Source: Parcubacteria group bacterium (GTDB lineage Bacteria; Patescibacteriota; Minisyncoccia; Moranbacterales; UBA2206). Taken from it: DNA of 64,000 nucleotides. Under the pieces are notes generated by a model. It was not told where the DNA came from. It saw only the letters and a list, made by a program, of their open reading frames with translations, and searched no databases. This document shows, in pieces, positions 10,108 through 20,544 of this stretch. Position 1 is the first letter of the stretch. Each line of letters opens with the position of its first letter. The translations under genes and the position numbers were made by a program. Location: assembly GCA_041674205.1 (NCBI GenBank), contig JBAYWF010000003.1, positions 47,221 through 111,220 on the forward strand, written 5' to 3'.

Positions 10108-10563
10108 TTATTTCACATCCAGAATCCTATATCTCACTTTACCGCCCGGCGTATCGATTTCAACCTCATCGCCTTTTTTCTTGCCGATGAACCCCTTGCC
10201 CAGCGGAGACTCGTTGGAAATTTTCATTTCCGCCGGACTGGCTTCGTTGGAACCGACGATTTGAAATTCCATATCAGACCCGTTGAAATGGACGATCACT
10301 TTCGATCCCATCTGTACAGAGTCCGTAGTCTGGTCGCGGGTCACCACAGTTACTTCCTTGAGCATAAAATCCAATTCGGCCACGCGCGCCTCGTTTTCCG
10401 CCTGTTGCCTCTTGGCTTCGCTATATTCGGCATTCTCGCTCAAATCACCCTGCTCTTTAGCCTCTTTGATAGCATTGGCGATTTCCTGACGCACCGTCGT
10501 CTTCCTATGCTCCAATTCCTCTTTGATTTTCTTTAAACCTTCTTCAGTTACGAATTTCACCAT
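10108..10563 (-). CDS. greA: transcription elongation factor GreA
   Basis: MVKFVTEEGLKKIKEELEHRK ... GDLSENAEYSEAKRQQ N-terminal coiled coil plus FKBP-like C-domain. Confidence 0.95.
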   Translation of the reverse strand: MVKFVTEEGLKKIKEELEHRKTTVRQEIANAIKEAKEQGDLSENAEYSEAKRQQAENEARVAELDFMLKEVTVVTRDQTTDSVQMGSKVIVHFNGSDMEFQIVGSNEASPAEMKISNESPLGKGFIGKKKGDEVEIDTPGGKVRYRILDVK

Positions 10564-10597
10564 ATCAATGTCATTAAAAAATTATCCTATGTTGCCT

Positions 10598-10626
10598 AAT
10601 AAAATTTACTGTCCTCGGGGGACAGT
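10598..10626 (-). terminator. intrinsic terminator candidate downstream of the PBP2 gene
   Basis: 7-bp stem ACTGTCC/GGACAGT with short loop, T-run following on the minus strand. Confidence 0.5.
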
Positions 10627-10708
10627 AATTTAAAATATCAAGACTATTATAACAGCTGTAAAATTATTGTCAATCCGGGCTTTTTCAGGCCTATCCAGGC
10701 CTCCCAAA

Positions 10709-12592
10709 CTACTTGCCGCGGTTGAAATAATAATCATACACTTCCTTGGTAACCGGCACTCCGGAAGAATGCCCTTCTCCGCCGCCTTCCGCGATGATAG
10801 CCAAAGCGATTTCAGGATTGTCATATGGAGCGAATGAAACGAACCAACCATGGGTTTTTCCTTCGCCTCCGAATTGCGCCGTGCCGGTCTTCCCCGCCAC
10901 CTCGACGGACAAATCCTTGAGTGGCTGGGCTGTTCCGTCAGTCACGGTCTTGCGCATACCTTCCCGGATAACCTGCATAACCGATTTATCGATAAAATCT
11001 TTTCTGATTATACTAGGATTAATATATTCGGATTGGCCGTCGCTCTTTTTAATTTGGCTGACTATCTTAGGAGAATACAATGTCCCGCCATTAGCCAGGG
11101 AGGCCGTGTAATTCGCCAATTGCAAAGGCGTAGCCGTTATATAACCCTGGCCAATTGAAGCGTGGTATGAATTACCGATAAACCATTTTTCCTTGAATTT
11201 ATCCGATTTCCACTGTTCGTCCGGAATGAATCCAGTTGACTCCCCAGGCAAATCGATGCCTGTCGGGCTGCCGAAACCGAAAAGATTGTCATACTTTTTC
11301 ATCCGGCCCATGCCCAGCCCGGCAATGTTGCCATAGCCGCCTCCTATGGAATAGAAAAAAATATCATTACTTTCCGCGATAGCCGTCCTGACATCGCTTG
11401 CGGCGTGCGCTTTCCAGTCACCAAACCGGAAAGTGCCAATATTGATGCTGCCGCCCATCCCATCGATGATTGTCGACGGGCTGATCGTACCTTCCGAAAG
11501 GGCGGCGGCGGCGATAGACATCTTTAAAGTCGATCCAGGAGGATATTCGCCGTCGACAGCCCGGTTCAGCAAAGGCAGGTCCTTGTCCGAAATGATAGCC
11601 TGATATTCGTCATTGGAAATCCCTCGCGCGAACAAGTTATTATCATAATTCGGAAAACTGACCATAGCCAGCACCCCGCCGTTCCTCGGATCGATGGCTA
11701 CGGCGGCGGCGGTCCGAGTACCGGTCGTTTCCAAGATATTCGCCATGCTGTCGTACAATTTTTTTTGCAATCCCGCGTCGATATTCAAGACCAGGTCATT
11801 CCCTGCTTGCGGATTGATGATGCCCAAATTCTTTTTCATATTTCCCATCGAATCGACTTCGACCTGTTTGGCACCGGGCACTCCGCGCAATTCTTTTTCA
11901 TATTTTTTTTCCAAAGCCGTTTTCCCGATATAGTCCGTCATGACATAGCTGGTATCACGGTTCATTTCCTCCCGGGTTATCTTGCCATCATAGCCGATAA
12001 TCGTAGAAAATATATTGCTATCCTCATAATTCCGGATGGCAGTATTATCCACCGATATCCCCGGCAAATCTTTGGCTTTTTCCGCTAGAAGCAAAGCTTG
12101 CTCCTGGGTGATATTTTCCGCCAATAGGATCGGATCGGATGATTTCCGATTCTGGCTCTCGATCGCAGTTTCCACATTCCCTTTTTCCAATTTCAAGATT
12201 TCCGCCACTTGCCCGGCTATCCCGATTCTCAGCCCAGGTTCATCCGGCAAATCGATTGGTACGATAACCGCATCGATACTCGGGATATTTCCGGCTAAAA
12301 CCTGTCCGCCCCGATCTAATATTTTTCCTCGCGGAGCTTTGATTACGATCGAGCGGATCCGATTACCTTTGGAAACATCCGAATAGTATCCGCCTTTGAC
12401 GATATCCAGATACGCCACCCTAGTCATCAAGGCTCCGATAAAAAAAATCATAACGAACCACAGGACATCGAGTCCTTGCCGCTTGAAAGGCGTTTCCATG
12501 ACCGCCTCCTCTTTTTCGGTAACGGTCATTATGGAATCTTCGATTTCCATCCCCTTAGCCATCCGCCGCCGATTGAAATACTGATCGAACAT
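10709..12592 (-). CDS. mrdA: penicillin-binding protein 2 (peptidoglycan D,D-transpeptidase)
   Basis: 627 aa, N-terminal TM anchor, STLK (SxxK) active-site motif, and KTGT; sits downstream of mreBCD. Confidence 0.9.
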   Translation of the reverse strand: MFDQYFNRRRMAKGMEIEDSIMTVTEKEEAVMETPFKRQGLDVLWFVMIFFIGALMTRVAYLDIVKGGYYSDVSKGNRIRSIVIKAPRGKILDRGGQVLAGNIPSIDAVIVPIDLPDEPGLRIGIAGQVAEILKLEKGNVETAIESQNRKSSDPILLAENITQEQALLLAEKAKDLPGISVDNTAIRNYEDSNIFSTIIGYDGKITREEMNRDTSYVMTDYIGKTALEKKYEKELRGVPGAKQVEVDSMGNMKKNLGIINPQAGNDLVLNIDAGLQKKLYDSMANILETTGTRTAAAVAIDPRNGGVLAMVSFPNYDNNLFARGISNDEYQAIISDKDLPLLNRAVDGEYPPGSTLKMSIAAAALSEGTISPSTIIDGMGGSINIGTFRFGDWKAHAASDVRTAIAESNDIFFYSIGGGYGNIAGLGMGRMKKYDNLFGFGSPTGIDLPGESTGFIPDEQWKSDKFKEKWFIGNSYHASIGQGYITATPLQLANYTASLANGGTLYSPKIVSQIKKSDGQSEYINPSIIRKDFIDKSVMQVIREGMRKTVTDGTAQPLKDLSVEVAGKTGTAQFGGEGKTHGWFVSFAPYDNPEIALAIIAEGGGEGHSSGVPVTKEVYDYYFNRGK

Positions 12593-12594
12593 AT

Positions 12595-13134
12595 TTATCT
12601 TTTTATCACTACCCGGTTATTTTGATAAGCGAAAATCTTGTCCAGTTTTTTAAGCGGCCAATACAGAATCGCGAATACGCCTAAATTATACAACAGTTTT
12701 AAAAAAAATCCCTGGCCAAAAAACTCCGGGATATGCCGGAATAATCCGCTTGGCTGCCCGTCTATTCCCGCAGCGAATCCGATAATCGCCTGATTAACCG
12801 TCGTTCCGACCAAAACCAGGATAATCAGCATAAAAAATTTCCAAGCGAACTGTGGTACCAGGAACCGCTTGCTAAGGGAATTTATGATGAAAGCCACCGC
12901 GACGAACGAGAACACGTTCAGTCCGACCGGCTGGAAAGACGCGATGTCCGCCATCAACCCGCCCAGGATCGCCCATTTCAAAACCGAATTGAAATCGGCC
13001 CGCGCTATCCAAACCATAATGATAATCAGCGTGACATCCGGAACCGACCGGCCCGTAAAAAAAATCGGCAAGAATGAGACCTGCACGATAGTCGCTAAAA
13101 AAAGAATCAGGCTGATTGCGATATTTTGCATCAT
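12595..13134 (-). CDS. mreD: rod shape-determining protein MreD
   Basis: 179-aa polytopic membrane protein immediately after mreC, overlapping it by 4 nt. Confidence 0.7.
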   Translation of the reverse strand: MMQNIAISLILFLATIVQVSFLPIFFTGRSVPDVTLIIIMVWIARADFNSVLKWAILGGLMADIASFQPVGLNVFSFVAVAFIINSLSKRFLVPQFAWKFFMLIILVLVGTTVNQAIIGFAAGIDGQPSGLFRHIPEFFGQGFFLKLLYNLGVFAILYWPLKKLDKIFAYQNNRVVIKR

Positions 13135-13940
13135 TGGTTTTTTACGGCAAAAACAAGATCCAGTTTTTGGTATCTTATCCTAGGTATCACGATGGCCTGC
13201 TGGAACAGCTTGTCAGGTGAAGCTTTTATTTCTTGGATCCGGCCGATCAGAAGACCTTTCGGAACTTCTCCGCCCAAACCGGAAGTTATGACCGTATCGC
13301 CTTCGTTCAAAGCGTCCGTCTGCGCCACCATATCCATAATCAGACCCAGTCCGTATGTCCCTTTGATCAACCCCCGGGCGCTGGTTTCAAGGTCGTTTAC
13401 ATTTACCGCGCTTTCGGAATCGGTCAGCAACCTGACCTTTGAACTGTCGGGACCGACCTCATCCACTTTCCCGACCAAAATCCCGTTGGAAACGATGACC
13501 GGCATACCAGTCCGGATCCCGTCCGAACCGCCCTTGCCGATCATCAGCCAACTGCCTAAGCCTTGCGGATCTTGGCCGATAACGAAACACGGTTCCAAAT
13601 CGAACTTATCCCTCGGCGCCAATTTCAATTGCTCGCGCAACATCTCATTTTCTTTCTTAGCTTCCTGCAGCGATACCACTTCGGAAACCAAAGAATCGTT
13701 TTCCCGTATCAGCCTTTCATTGTCGCTTTTCATTTCTCCGATCGAGCCTAGGAAAGAAAAAGTTTCATCCACGCCCCGGCCGAGCATATAGAAAGATTTC
13801 TGGAACGGATAGGCGACTTCTAAAAAAATAATCCTGACCGGATCGAATATCCCCTTCGGATTCCAAAAAACCAGCAAGAAACAAATTGCTGATATAATAA
13901 ATAATTTTATTATCTTGGATGAAAAATACTTTCTTGGCAC
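13131..13940 (-). CDS. mreC: rod shape-determining protein MreC
   Basis: N-terminal TM, coiled coil (LQEAKKENEMLREQLKLA), then beta-rich domains; follows mreB. Confidence 0.85.
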   Translation of the reverse strand: MPRKYFSSKIIKLFIISAICFLLVFWNPKGIFDPVRIIFLEVAYPFQKSFYMLGRGVDETFSFLGSIGEMKSDNERLIRENDSLVSEVVSLQEAKKENEMLREQLKLAPRDKFDLEPCFVIGQDPQGLGSWLMIGKGGSDGIRTGMPVIVSNGILVGKVDEVGPDSSKVRLLTDSESAVNVNDLETSARGLIKGTYGLGLIMDMVAQTDALNEGDTVITSGLGGEVPKGLLIGRIQEIKASPDKLFQQAIVIPRIRYQKLDLVFAVKNQ

Positions 13941-14026
13941 AATAAAAATTTTCAGTTTTAAATTTTAAATCAATTTAAAATTATCAAATTAATAAATTTT
14001 TAAAATTTCGTCATTCAGATTTCATT

Positions 14027-15112
14027 TTAAATCAATGATCTTTCATGTTGGTTTTCCATCAGCACGCCCTTCAAGGCTTCCAAATCCTCAAGGACGATAC
14101 CCGTACCGCGCACTACCGCCGTCAACGGATCCTCCATCATGCGCACCGGCATATCGGTCTGATCGGCTACCAGACGGTCCAAGCCGCGGATCAGGCTTCC
14201 GCCGCCTGCCAATATTATCCCGCGTTGCATGATGTCAGCCAGCAACTCCGGAGGGGTTTCTTCGATCGTTGATTTTATATTATTGACGACGATGCGGATC
14301 GAACGGGAAAGGGCTTCGCGCACTTGGGTATCGTCTATGATAATCTCTTTGGGCAAACCTGTCACCAAATCCCGGCCGCGCACCGGCATCTGCATCTTGT
14401 CTTTTAGCGGACAGGCACTACCGATGGCGATCTTGGTATCTTCAGCGGTTTTTTCCCCGATTAAAAGATTGAATTCATCCCGGCAATAGCGGATGATATC
14501 CTCGTTCATTTCATCTCCGGCGATACGCAAATTCCGCGAGGTCACCACTCCGCCCAATGAAATGACCGCGATGTCCGTCGTCCCGCCTCCGATATCCACG
14601 ATCATATTGCCTGCCGCGTCCTGCACCGGCAAACGGGCGCCGATCGCCGCCGCCATCGGTTCATCGATCAGATAGGCTTCACGCGCGCCGGCATTCATAG
14701 TCGCGTCAATCACCGCGCGTTTCTCGACTTCCGTCACGTCCGACGGTATGCCGATCACCACCCTTGGACGCGGAAATAAAGTGAAGCTGTCGCGATGGAC
14801 CTTGTCGATGAAATACTTAAGCATCTGTTCGGTCACTTCGAAATCACTCACGACGCCATCCACCAAAGGACGCGTCGCCACGATATGCCCGGGAGTTTTC
14901 CCGACCATTTTCTTCGCTTCTTTTCCGATCGCTAAAACTTGGCCGGTCTTTTTGTTAACCGCCACCACCGACGGTTCGTTGATAACGATCCCCTTGCCTT
15001 TGACATATACCAAAGTGTTCGCCGTACCCAAATCGATGCCGATATCCTTGGACAGATTGCCGAATATTTTGCCTGTCAGATCTTTGAATATATTTTTAAA
15101 TTTATTCCCCAT
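14027..15112 (-). CDS. mreB: rod shape-determining protein MreB (actin homolog)
   Basis: IGIDLGTANTLVYVKGKGIVINEPSVVAV actin-fold phosphate-1 motif; 361 aa. Confidence 0.95.
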   Translation of the reverse strand: MGNKFKNIFKDLTGKIFGNLSKDIGIDLGTANTLVYVKGKGIVINEPSVVAVNKKTGQVLAIGKEAKKMVGKTPGHIVATRPLVDGVVSDFEVTEQMLKYFIDKVHRDSFTLFPRPRVVIGIPSDVTEVEKRAVIDATMNAGAREAYLIDEPMAAAIGARLPVQDAAGNMIVDIGGGTTDIAVISLGGVVTSRNLRIAGDEMNEDIIRYCRDEFNLLIGEKTAEDTKIAIGSACPLKDKMQMPVRGRDLVTGLPKEIIIDDTQVREALSRSIRIVVNNIKSTIEETPPELLADIMQRGIILAGGGSLIRGLDRLVADQTDMPVRMMEDPLTAVVRGTGIVLEDLEALKGVLMENQHERSLI

Positions 15113-15305
15113 AATATGAAAACGAAATCCGTTCTTATTTAAGAATTTTTTGAATCAGGTTTGATTTTTCCCTCTTTCCAAGTCCGATGCCGGGCCGGAT
15201 TGCCCTTTCCAACTCCGACAGGCCTCTGTCTATCATACTTCACTAGGCATCCATTGTCAAAAACAAAAAACGGCCAACCCGAGCCGACCATTTCCCGATA
15301 AGATG

Positions 15306-16430
15306 CTATTTTATGAATTTAAACACATCCCGCAAGGTCACCGCTATCATCAAAAGTATCAGCAGCATAAAGCCAACCGTATGCATCGACTGTTCCGCTT
15401 TTTGGCTGATAGGACTGCCCTTGACCTTCTCAATCAAGATGAACATAATCCGTCCGCCATCCAAGGCCGGAATCGGCAACGCGTTGATTATAGCCAGATT
15501 TATGCTGAGCATCGCCGCAAATTGCAATATATGGACGAATCCCAGAGCCGCCACCTGCTTAGTCAGGATCGCGATACCGATCGGACCGGAAACATCCGCC
15601 CCAACTCCGTGTCCGGTAAAAATACTCGCCAAAATTCCACCCAGCGACACCAGGATTAATATCGTCAAATCATATACCGCGATCGCCCCCTTCCAAACAG
15701 CCTGATACGCCGGATATTTGACGACGACCGTCTGAACCAGACTGACTCCGATCACCCCTTGTCCGTCTTTTTCTTCAGGCGTCGCCCTTATCGGAATGAT
15801 TTCATCCCCCCGCTTGACATCAAAACCCACTTCTTTATTACTATTTATCTTGTTGAAATTTTGAAAATCGGATATGTTGCCGAACACGACCCGGCCATCG
15901 GACGATTTGATGATTTCGTCGCCGATTTTCAAGCCGGCCCTTTCCGCTGGCGATCCAGGCATAATCTGGCTGATTTGGATTTTCGAACCAGGCACGTCGG
16001 TTCCGGCGTTATAATCGATCGCCTCCGGCGCCCCGATCATCAGGCTAAGTGAAATAGCGAACCAGGCGAAAACCAGATTCATCACCACGCCAGCGGCCAA
16101 AATCTTAATCCTCGGCCAGGCTTTTTTAGCGGCAAAACTATCCGGTTCAGCCACGCCGCTTCCATCCTCACCTTTGATTTTCACAAAACCACCCAACGGT
16201 ATCCAATTGATCGAATAGACCGTATGCTTCGATTCGATATCTTTGTTCCCCCAAACGAACTTGAACTTGCCAGTTTCTTCATCCCGCACGAAACCGGCCA
16301 TCCGCGGAGGAAAACCAAAACCGAATTCATCCGCTTTGACTCCGTTCCGGCGAGCCGTTACGAAATGGCCGAGCTCATGCACGAAAATCAGGACACCCAG
16401 GATGACTATGAATAATATTATCGTTACCAT
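15306..16430 (-). CDS. rseP: RIP metalloprotease RseP (site-2 protease, M50 family)
   Basis: HELGHF HExxH in first TM, PDZ domain in middle, LDGG motif near C-terminus. Confidence 0.9.
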   Translation of the reverse strand: MVTIILFIVILGVLIFVHELGHFVTARRNGVKADEFGFGFPPRMAGFVRDEETGKFKFVWGNKDIESKHTVYSINWIPLGGFVKIKGEDGSGVAEPDSFAAKKAWPRIKILAAGVVMNLVFAWFAISLSLMIGAPEAIDYNAGTDVPGSKIQISQIMPGSPAERAGLKIGDEIIKSSDGRVVFGNISDFQNFNKINSNKEVGFDVKRGDEIIPIRATPEEKDGQGVIGVSLVQTVVVKYPAYQAVWKGAIAVYDLTILILVSLGGILASIFTGHGVGADVSGPIGIAILTKQVAALGFVHILQFAAMLSINLAIINALPIPALDGGRIMFILIEKVKGSPISQKAEQSMHTVGFMLLILLMIAVTLRDVFKFIK

Positions 16431-16447
16431 TTATTTTTTTAATCAGA

Positions 16448-17005
16448 TTAAACCGTCATTATTTCTTCTTCCTTTTTGACCCTGATTTCTTCCACTTTTT
16501 TGTTGTATTCGTCGATCGCTTCTTGCAATTTATCCTTGCCGGCAAATTTGTCGTCTTCACCCATCAATCCTTCTTTTTCCATTTTTTGGATTTCATCCCA
16601 AGCGTCCTCCCGCTGCTTGCGGATAGCGATCCGGGCATCCTCCGCTTTTTGATTCAGGACTTTTACCAAATCTTTTCTCCTTTCTTCGGTCAGGGCCGGA
16701 ATATTGATCCGGATAACCTGTCCGTCATTATTCGGATTTAAGTTTAATTGCGATTCGCGGATGGATTTCTCGATGCCTGCCAAACTGCCTTTGTCCCAAG
16801 GGGAAATCATAATAGTTCTCGGTTCCGGAACCGAAATGCTAGCCACTTGTTTCAAGGGTGATTTAGCGCCATAATAATCCACCATCAAGCCGTCCACCAT
16901 CGTCACTGAAGCCCGGCCGGTCCTCAATTGCCCCAACTCCTCTTTGAAATGTTCGATTGATTTCTCCAGTTCCGGTTGTTTTTTGTCGATTATCTCCTTA
17001 TACAT
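16448..17005 (-). CDS. frr: ribosome recycling factor
   Basis: 185 aa; MYKEIIDKKQPELEKSIEHFKEELGQLRTGRASVTMVDGLMVDYYG is canonical RRF. Confidence 0.95.
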   Translation of the reverse strand: MYKEIIDKKQPELEKSIEHFKEELGQLRTGRASVTMVDGLMVDYYGAKSPLKQVASISVPEPRTIMISPWDKGSLAGIEKSIRESQLNLNPNNDGQVIRINIPALTEERRKDLVKVLNQKAEDARIAIRKQREDAWDEIQKMEKEGLMGEDDKFAGKDKLQEAIDEYNKKVEEIRVKKEEEIMTV

Positions 17006-17035
17006 ATCGGTAATTATATAAAAATTATTATTTGG

Positions 17036-18091
17036 CTATTTTTTCCTCAAGCCTAGATATAGGACATCCGGCTCGGTCGAATATTTCATGACGCTGATAT
17101 TTTTCGTGGTTTGCAACTGGAAAGGGATCCAATTCACTCCGCCGTCCAGCGACTTATATGTCGCTTGCGCCGCCCCATATGCGATTTCATCCGAATTGGC
17201 CGGATTGATAGCCAGCGCTTTCACCGGAAAAGCGTTCGCGTCACCTAGCGGCTTCACCGTTTCCCAACTGGATCCGGCATCCTTGCTCCTGAATATCCCC
17301 GCCTGGCCGGCCGCATAAATCCAATTGGCGTTCAGCGGATCGGTTTCAATCACCCCGATACCATGGTTGACGGCATCATTTTCTATCCCTTCGATGGAAT
17401 TGCCGCCGTCCCTACTCCGCAGGATGCTGCCGCTTAACAGATTGAGATATAGCAGGTCGCTACTCGCGCTGTCAATCGCGATTTTCAAAACCGGACTGCT
17501 GGACGCGTAAATATTTTTCCAAGAAACTCCGGCGTCGACACTTTTGATTATTTGGTTGTCGCTCGTGGTGGCATACAAGATGCTGGGATTTTTTTTATCC
17601 AAAGCCAGGGAAATGACCAATGGTCCGTTGGAAGGAGCGGTATAGATTTCATTCCATTCATCGCCACCATTTATACTCTTGAATATTTTTCCCCGGTCCT
17701 GCCAAACTCCGCTCGCGTATATTACGCGGCTATCCGCCGGATCGATCGCCAATCCATAAGCTTTATCAGCTTCAAACGGGACAAGACTCCAATTATCCCC
17801 GGCATCATCGGTTTTCAAAATTCCATTCTTGAGTGTCCCGACCAGGATGCTTTTGGCATCAAACGGATTGGACGCCACACTGACGACATCCACCGCGTCC
17901 AAATTCACCGCTTCTCCGGTTTTACCTTTGAATTCCCAGCTTCGCCCCCCGTCAACCGATTTCAGGATACTGCTGCTTTTTATGGCGACAGGTTGCGCTT
18001 CCTTGACATCCGGTTCGGCCGGAGCCGAAGAACAGCCAGCTAAAGATATGGCTACGAAAGGCAACAATGCAAATATCAGATATTTATTCAT
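17036..18091 (-). CDS. BNR/Asp-box repeat lipoprotein (sialidase/Ycf48-like beta-propeller)
   Basis: start moved to MNKYLIFALLPFVAISLAGC (lipobox LAGC); at least six S-x-D-x-G-x-S/T-W Asp-box repeats (SVDGGRSW, SINGGDEW, SVDAGVSW, SKDAGSSW, SLDGGVNW). Confidence 0.75.
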   Translation of the reverse strand: MNKYLIFALLPFVAISLAGCSSAPAEPDVKEAQPVAIKSSSILKSVDGGRSWEFKGKTGEAVNLDAVDVVSVASNPFDAKSILVGTLKNGILKTDDAGDNWSLVPFEADKAYGLAIDPADSRVIYASGVWQDRGKIFKSINGGDEWNEIYTAPSNGPLVISLALDKKNPSILYATTSDNQIIKSVDAGVSWKNIYASSSPVLKIAIDSASSDLLYLNLLSGSILRSRDGGNSIEGIENDAVNHGIGVIETDPLNANWIYAAGQAGIFRSKDAGSSWETVKPLGDANAFPVKALAINPANSDEIAYGAAQATYKSLDGGVNWIPFQLQTTKNISVMKYSTEPDVLYLGLRKK

Positions 18092-18147
18092 TGAATTGAT
18101 TATAGCATAAAATACAAAAAATCCCACCCGGGGATTTTTATAACGTG

Positions 18148-18220
18148 TGCGCCCACCAAGACTCGAACTTGGGACCGTTTGCTTAAAAGGCAACTGCTCT
18201 ACCGACTGAGCTATGGGCGC
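18148..18220 (-). tRNA. tRNA-Lys (anticodon UUU)
   Basis: minus-strand sequence GCGCCCATAGCTCAGTCGGTAGAGCAGTTGCCTTTTAAGCAAACGGTCCCAAGTTCGAGTCTTGGTGGGCGCA folds as a cloverleaf (7-bp acceptor, GCTC/GAGC D-stem, CCAAG/CTTGG T-stem, TTCGAGT T-loop); anticodon loop CTTTTAA; no encoded CCA; one G-A mismatch at the top of the anticodon stem. Confidence 0.85.
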
Positions 18221-18351
18221 AAAATGACAATTTCAAAATTCAGATCTCAACCCTATATTTTAAATTTACTCAAAACAATAACTAGTTATCAAAAAGATAA
18301 CCTTTTGCCATTATAGCATCCTTTCCAAACCCGTCAATACTTCTTCCTATC

Positions 18352-18852
18352 TCAGCGGTTCAACCGCTTGTGGATGAAAAACATAAAGGCCATCGGGATG
18401 ATCATCCAAGCCAAATGGGCGTTTTCCGTGGCCAGATACCCATATGCCATCGGAGATACGTATTCCAGCGCCACGTTCTTGGGAGCCATCCATAAAACAA
18501 GGCTGAGTAAGAAAACCACTTCCAAAAAACTCATCACGAACACGCGCCACAAAAAACCGGAGCCTGATCCGGAAATATATATTTCAAACAATTGTTTGCT
18601 GATCAAGGTCAGGATTATGATGGCTGCTAAAAAGAAAACCAACTCATAGACATAATCCGTAAAGTATTTGGCGGGCACGCTCATCGTGACCGCGAAAGCC
18701 ACATAAATATTGATGAGGATCGTAATCAGCTTGTAACGCCCGATGAACATCCCGAAAACGAAACTCAGGATAGCAACCACGATAAACAAGGATATGTCCT
18801 GCGTCAATTGGGGCGACACGCCGAAACCCACTAATATTTTGCCGATATCCAT
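18352..18852 (-). CDS. hypothetical polytopic membrane protein
   Basis: 166 aa, 4-5 predicted TM helices; directly downstream of the SPFH gene (18-nt gap), probably co-transcribed. Confidence 0.5.
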   Translation of the reverse strand: MDIGKILVGFGVSPQLTQDISLFIVVAILSFVFGMFIGRYKLITILINIYVAFAVTMSVPAKYFTDYVYELVFFLAAIIILTLISKQLFEIYISGSGSGFLWRVFVMSFLEVVFLLSLVLWMAPKNVALEYVSPMAYGYLATENAHLAWMIIPMAFMFFIHKRLNR

Positions 18853-18868
18853 CGTTATGTTTTAATCT

Positions 18869-19660
18869 TTATTTGTTTAGGATATTTTCCTTTGCCATAA
18901 ACTGCCGGATGTCATTCACCGTCGACATAAATTGCGCCGGGAAAATGATAGTGGAATTTTTCTCCACGCTGATTTCCGCCATAGTCTGCAAGTTGCGCAA
19001 TTGCAACGCGATCGGATGGGCCGCCATCACATCCGCCGTCTCAGCCAGTTTCTGGCTGGCCAGCAATTCCCCTTCCGCCGCGATAATTTTGGCCCGCTTT
19101 TCCCTTTCCGCCTCGGCTTGTTTGGCCATCGCCCTTTGCATATTTTCCGGCAGCTCGATATCTTTGATTTCCACCACCGAAACGACTACGCCCCAAGGTT
19201 CGGTGCTGGCATCCAAGACCGCGCCGATTTCCTTATTGATCGCATCCCGCTCCGACAAGATTTCATCCAACTGGAAACGGCCGACGATGTTGCGCACGGT
19301 CGTCTGGGCTATCTGGTTGATGGCGTTCATCACGTCCGCGATCGCCACGATGCTTTTTTCCGCGTCCACGATCTTATAATAAGCCACTGCGGAAACGTCC
19401 ACTGAAACGTTATCCTTAGTGATAATTTTTTGAGCAGGGATCGGCAAAGTGATGGTTCGGAAGTCGATTTTCCGCATCTGATCGACATATGGAATGATCC
19501 AGTTCAAACCAGGCTGGCGGCTGGAAATTATTTTCCCGAAACGAAATACGACTCCGATTTCATATTGTTGCACCACCCGGAAACCAGGCAAGATGAAAAA
19601 CGCGAAAATTACAAGCAACAATGGGAATGAACCGGCGATGAACGCAATCATAAAATTCAT
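18869..19660 (-). CDS. SPFH/band-7 (stomatin-prohibitin) family protein
   Basis: N-terminal TM then RVVQQYEIGVVFRFGKIISSRQPGLNWIIPYVDQMRKIDFRTITLPIPAQKIITKDNVSVDVSAVAYYKIV SPFH domain. Confidence 0.9.
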   Translation of the reverse strand: MNFMIAFIAGSFPLLLVIFAFFILPGFRVVQQYEIGVVFRFGKIISSRQPGLNWIIPYVDQMRKIDFRTITLPIPAQKIITKDNVSVDVSAVAYYKIVDAEKSIVAIADVMNAINQIAQTTVRNIVGRFQLDEILSERDAINKEIGAVLDASTEPWGVVVSVVEIKDIELPENMQRAMAKQAEAEREKRAKIIAAEGELLASQKLAETADVMAAHPIALQLRNLQTMAEISVEKNSTIIFPAQFMSTVNDIRQFMAKENILNK

Positions 19661-19861
19661 TTAGTTTATTATGTTTTTATTATAGAACTATTTGCCGAAT
19701 AAACAAGGCGTCCTGATCCGGTTTTTGCAGTTAAAAAAATAGGAGCCGCACTTCCAGCTCAGCATTGCCGGCTGTCCTGGTTTTCAGGTGCACGCATATG
19801 GCACGAAATGGCTGTTTCCGAATACCCGCTAGCCATCTGTAGACGTTTTAGGTTTTCTATT

Positions 19862-20467
19862 TCAGGCACCGAACTCACCCTGGACAGCGGCCGGCTTTCT
19901 CCTGAAAAAACAAACACTCCAAACGCTGATATTCGCAACCAATATCACTGCCGGATATGCGATCGTCACAAGATTATAATCGGCGATAGAAATAATCGCC
20001 AGGACATTGATTGCCGCCATCATAAACCAAAAGGAGAGCGTTTCACTCCAAGGATCCGCGAAAGATTTCCTGATTGTCGGAGCATATCCCAATCCATCGA
20101 TAATCGCGACCATCAGCACCGCCAACAACGGGCTTTCCAACAGCCACCAGATGATGACAGCCAACAAGGCCGCGGCAAAGACGGCCGTATCGCCCCGGGT
20201 GATGTTTTTCGTGCCATACTTTAACGACAACAAACCGACTGCAGCGACTAAAACCGTGTCAGCGGCAAAACTGAAAGCCGCGTAGTTTCCGCCGCTATGC
20301 CAAATCGCCGTTGCCGCCGTCCCTTCCGTAATCACCCAGACCACCCAGGTGTATAGATGCGGTTTCGTCTTATTGCGGAAAATATCCCGGAAATACGGGA
20401 TATACGCATATACGGTCAAAGCCGTCGCGAGCAACGAAGCTGCTAATTTGAAATCCGGATTACCCAA
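19862..20467 (-). CDS. hypothetical integral membrane protein
   Basis: 201 aa, about 6 TM helices; no motif recognised. Confidence 0.45.
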   Translation of the reverse strand: MGNPDFKLAASLLATALTVYAYIPYFRDIFRNKTKPHLYTWVVWVITEGTAATAIWHSGGNYAAFSFAADTVLVAAVGLLSLKYGTKNITRGDTAVFAAALLAVIIWWLLESPLLAVLMVAIIDGLGYAPTIRKSFADPWSETLSFWFMMAAINVLAIISIADYNLVTIAYPAVILVANISVWSVCFFRRKPAAVQGEFGA

Positions 20468-20544
20468 TGCTTATTAGCGGAAAAATAATTAATTGCGCGT
20501 TATTTCCATATTGATCCGGGTTGCCCTCCTGTGCGCTGGCGCTA

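Noticed and set aside
18148-18220. tRNA flagged as possible pseudo-tRNA because of a G-A mismatch in the anticodon stem and no CCA
   Set aside because: All other stems and loops are canonical. The T-loop is TTCGAGT and the anticodon loop is a normal 7-mer. Genomically unencoded CCA is common, so it is most likely functional tRNA-Lys.
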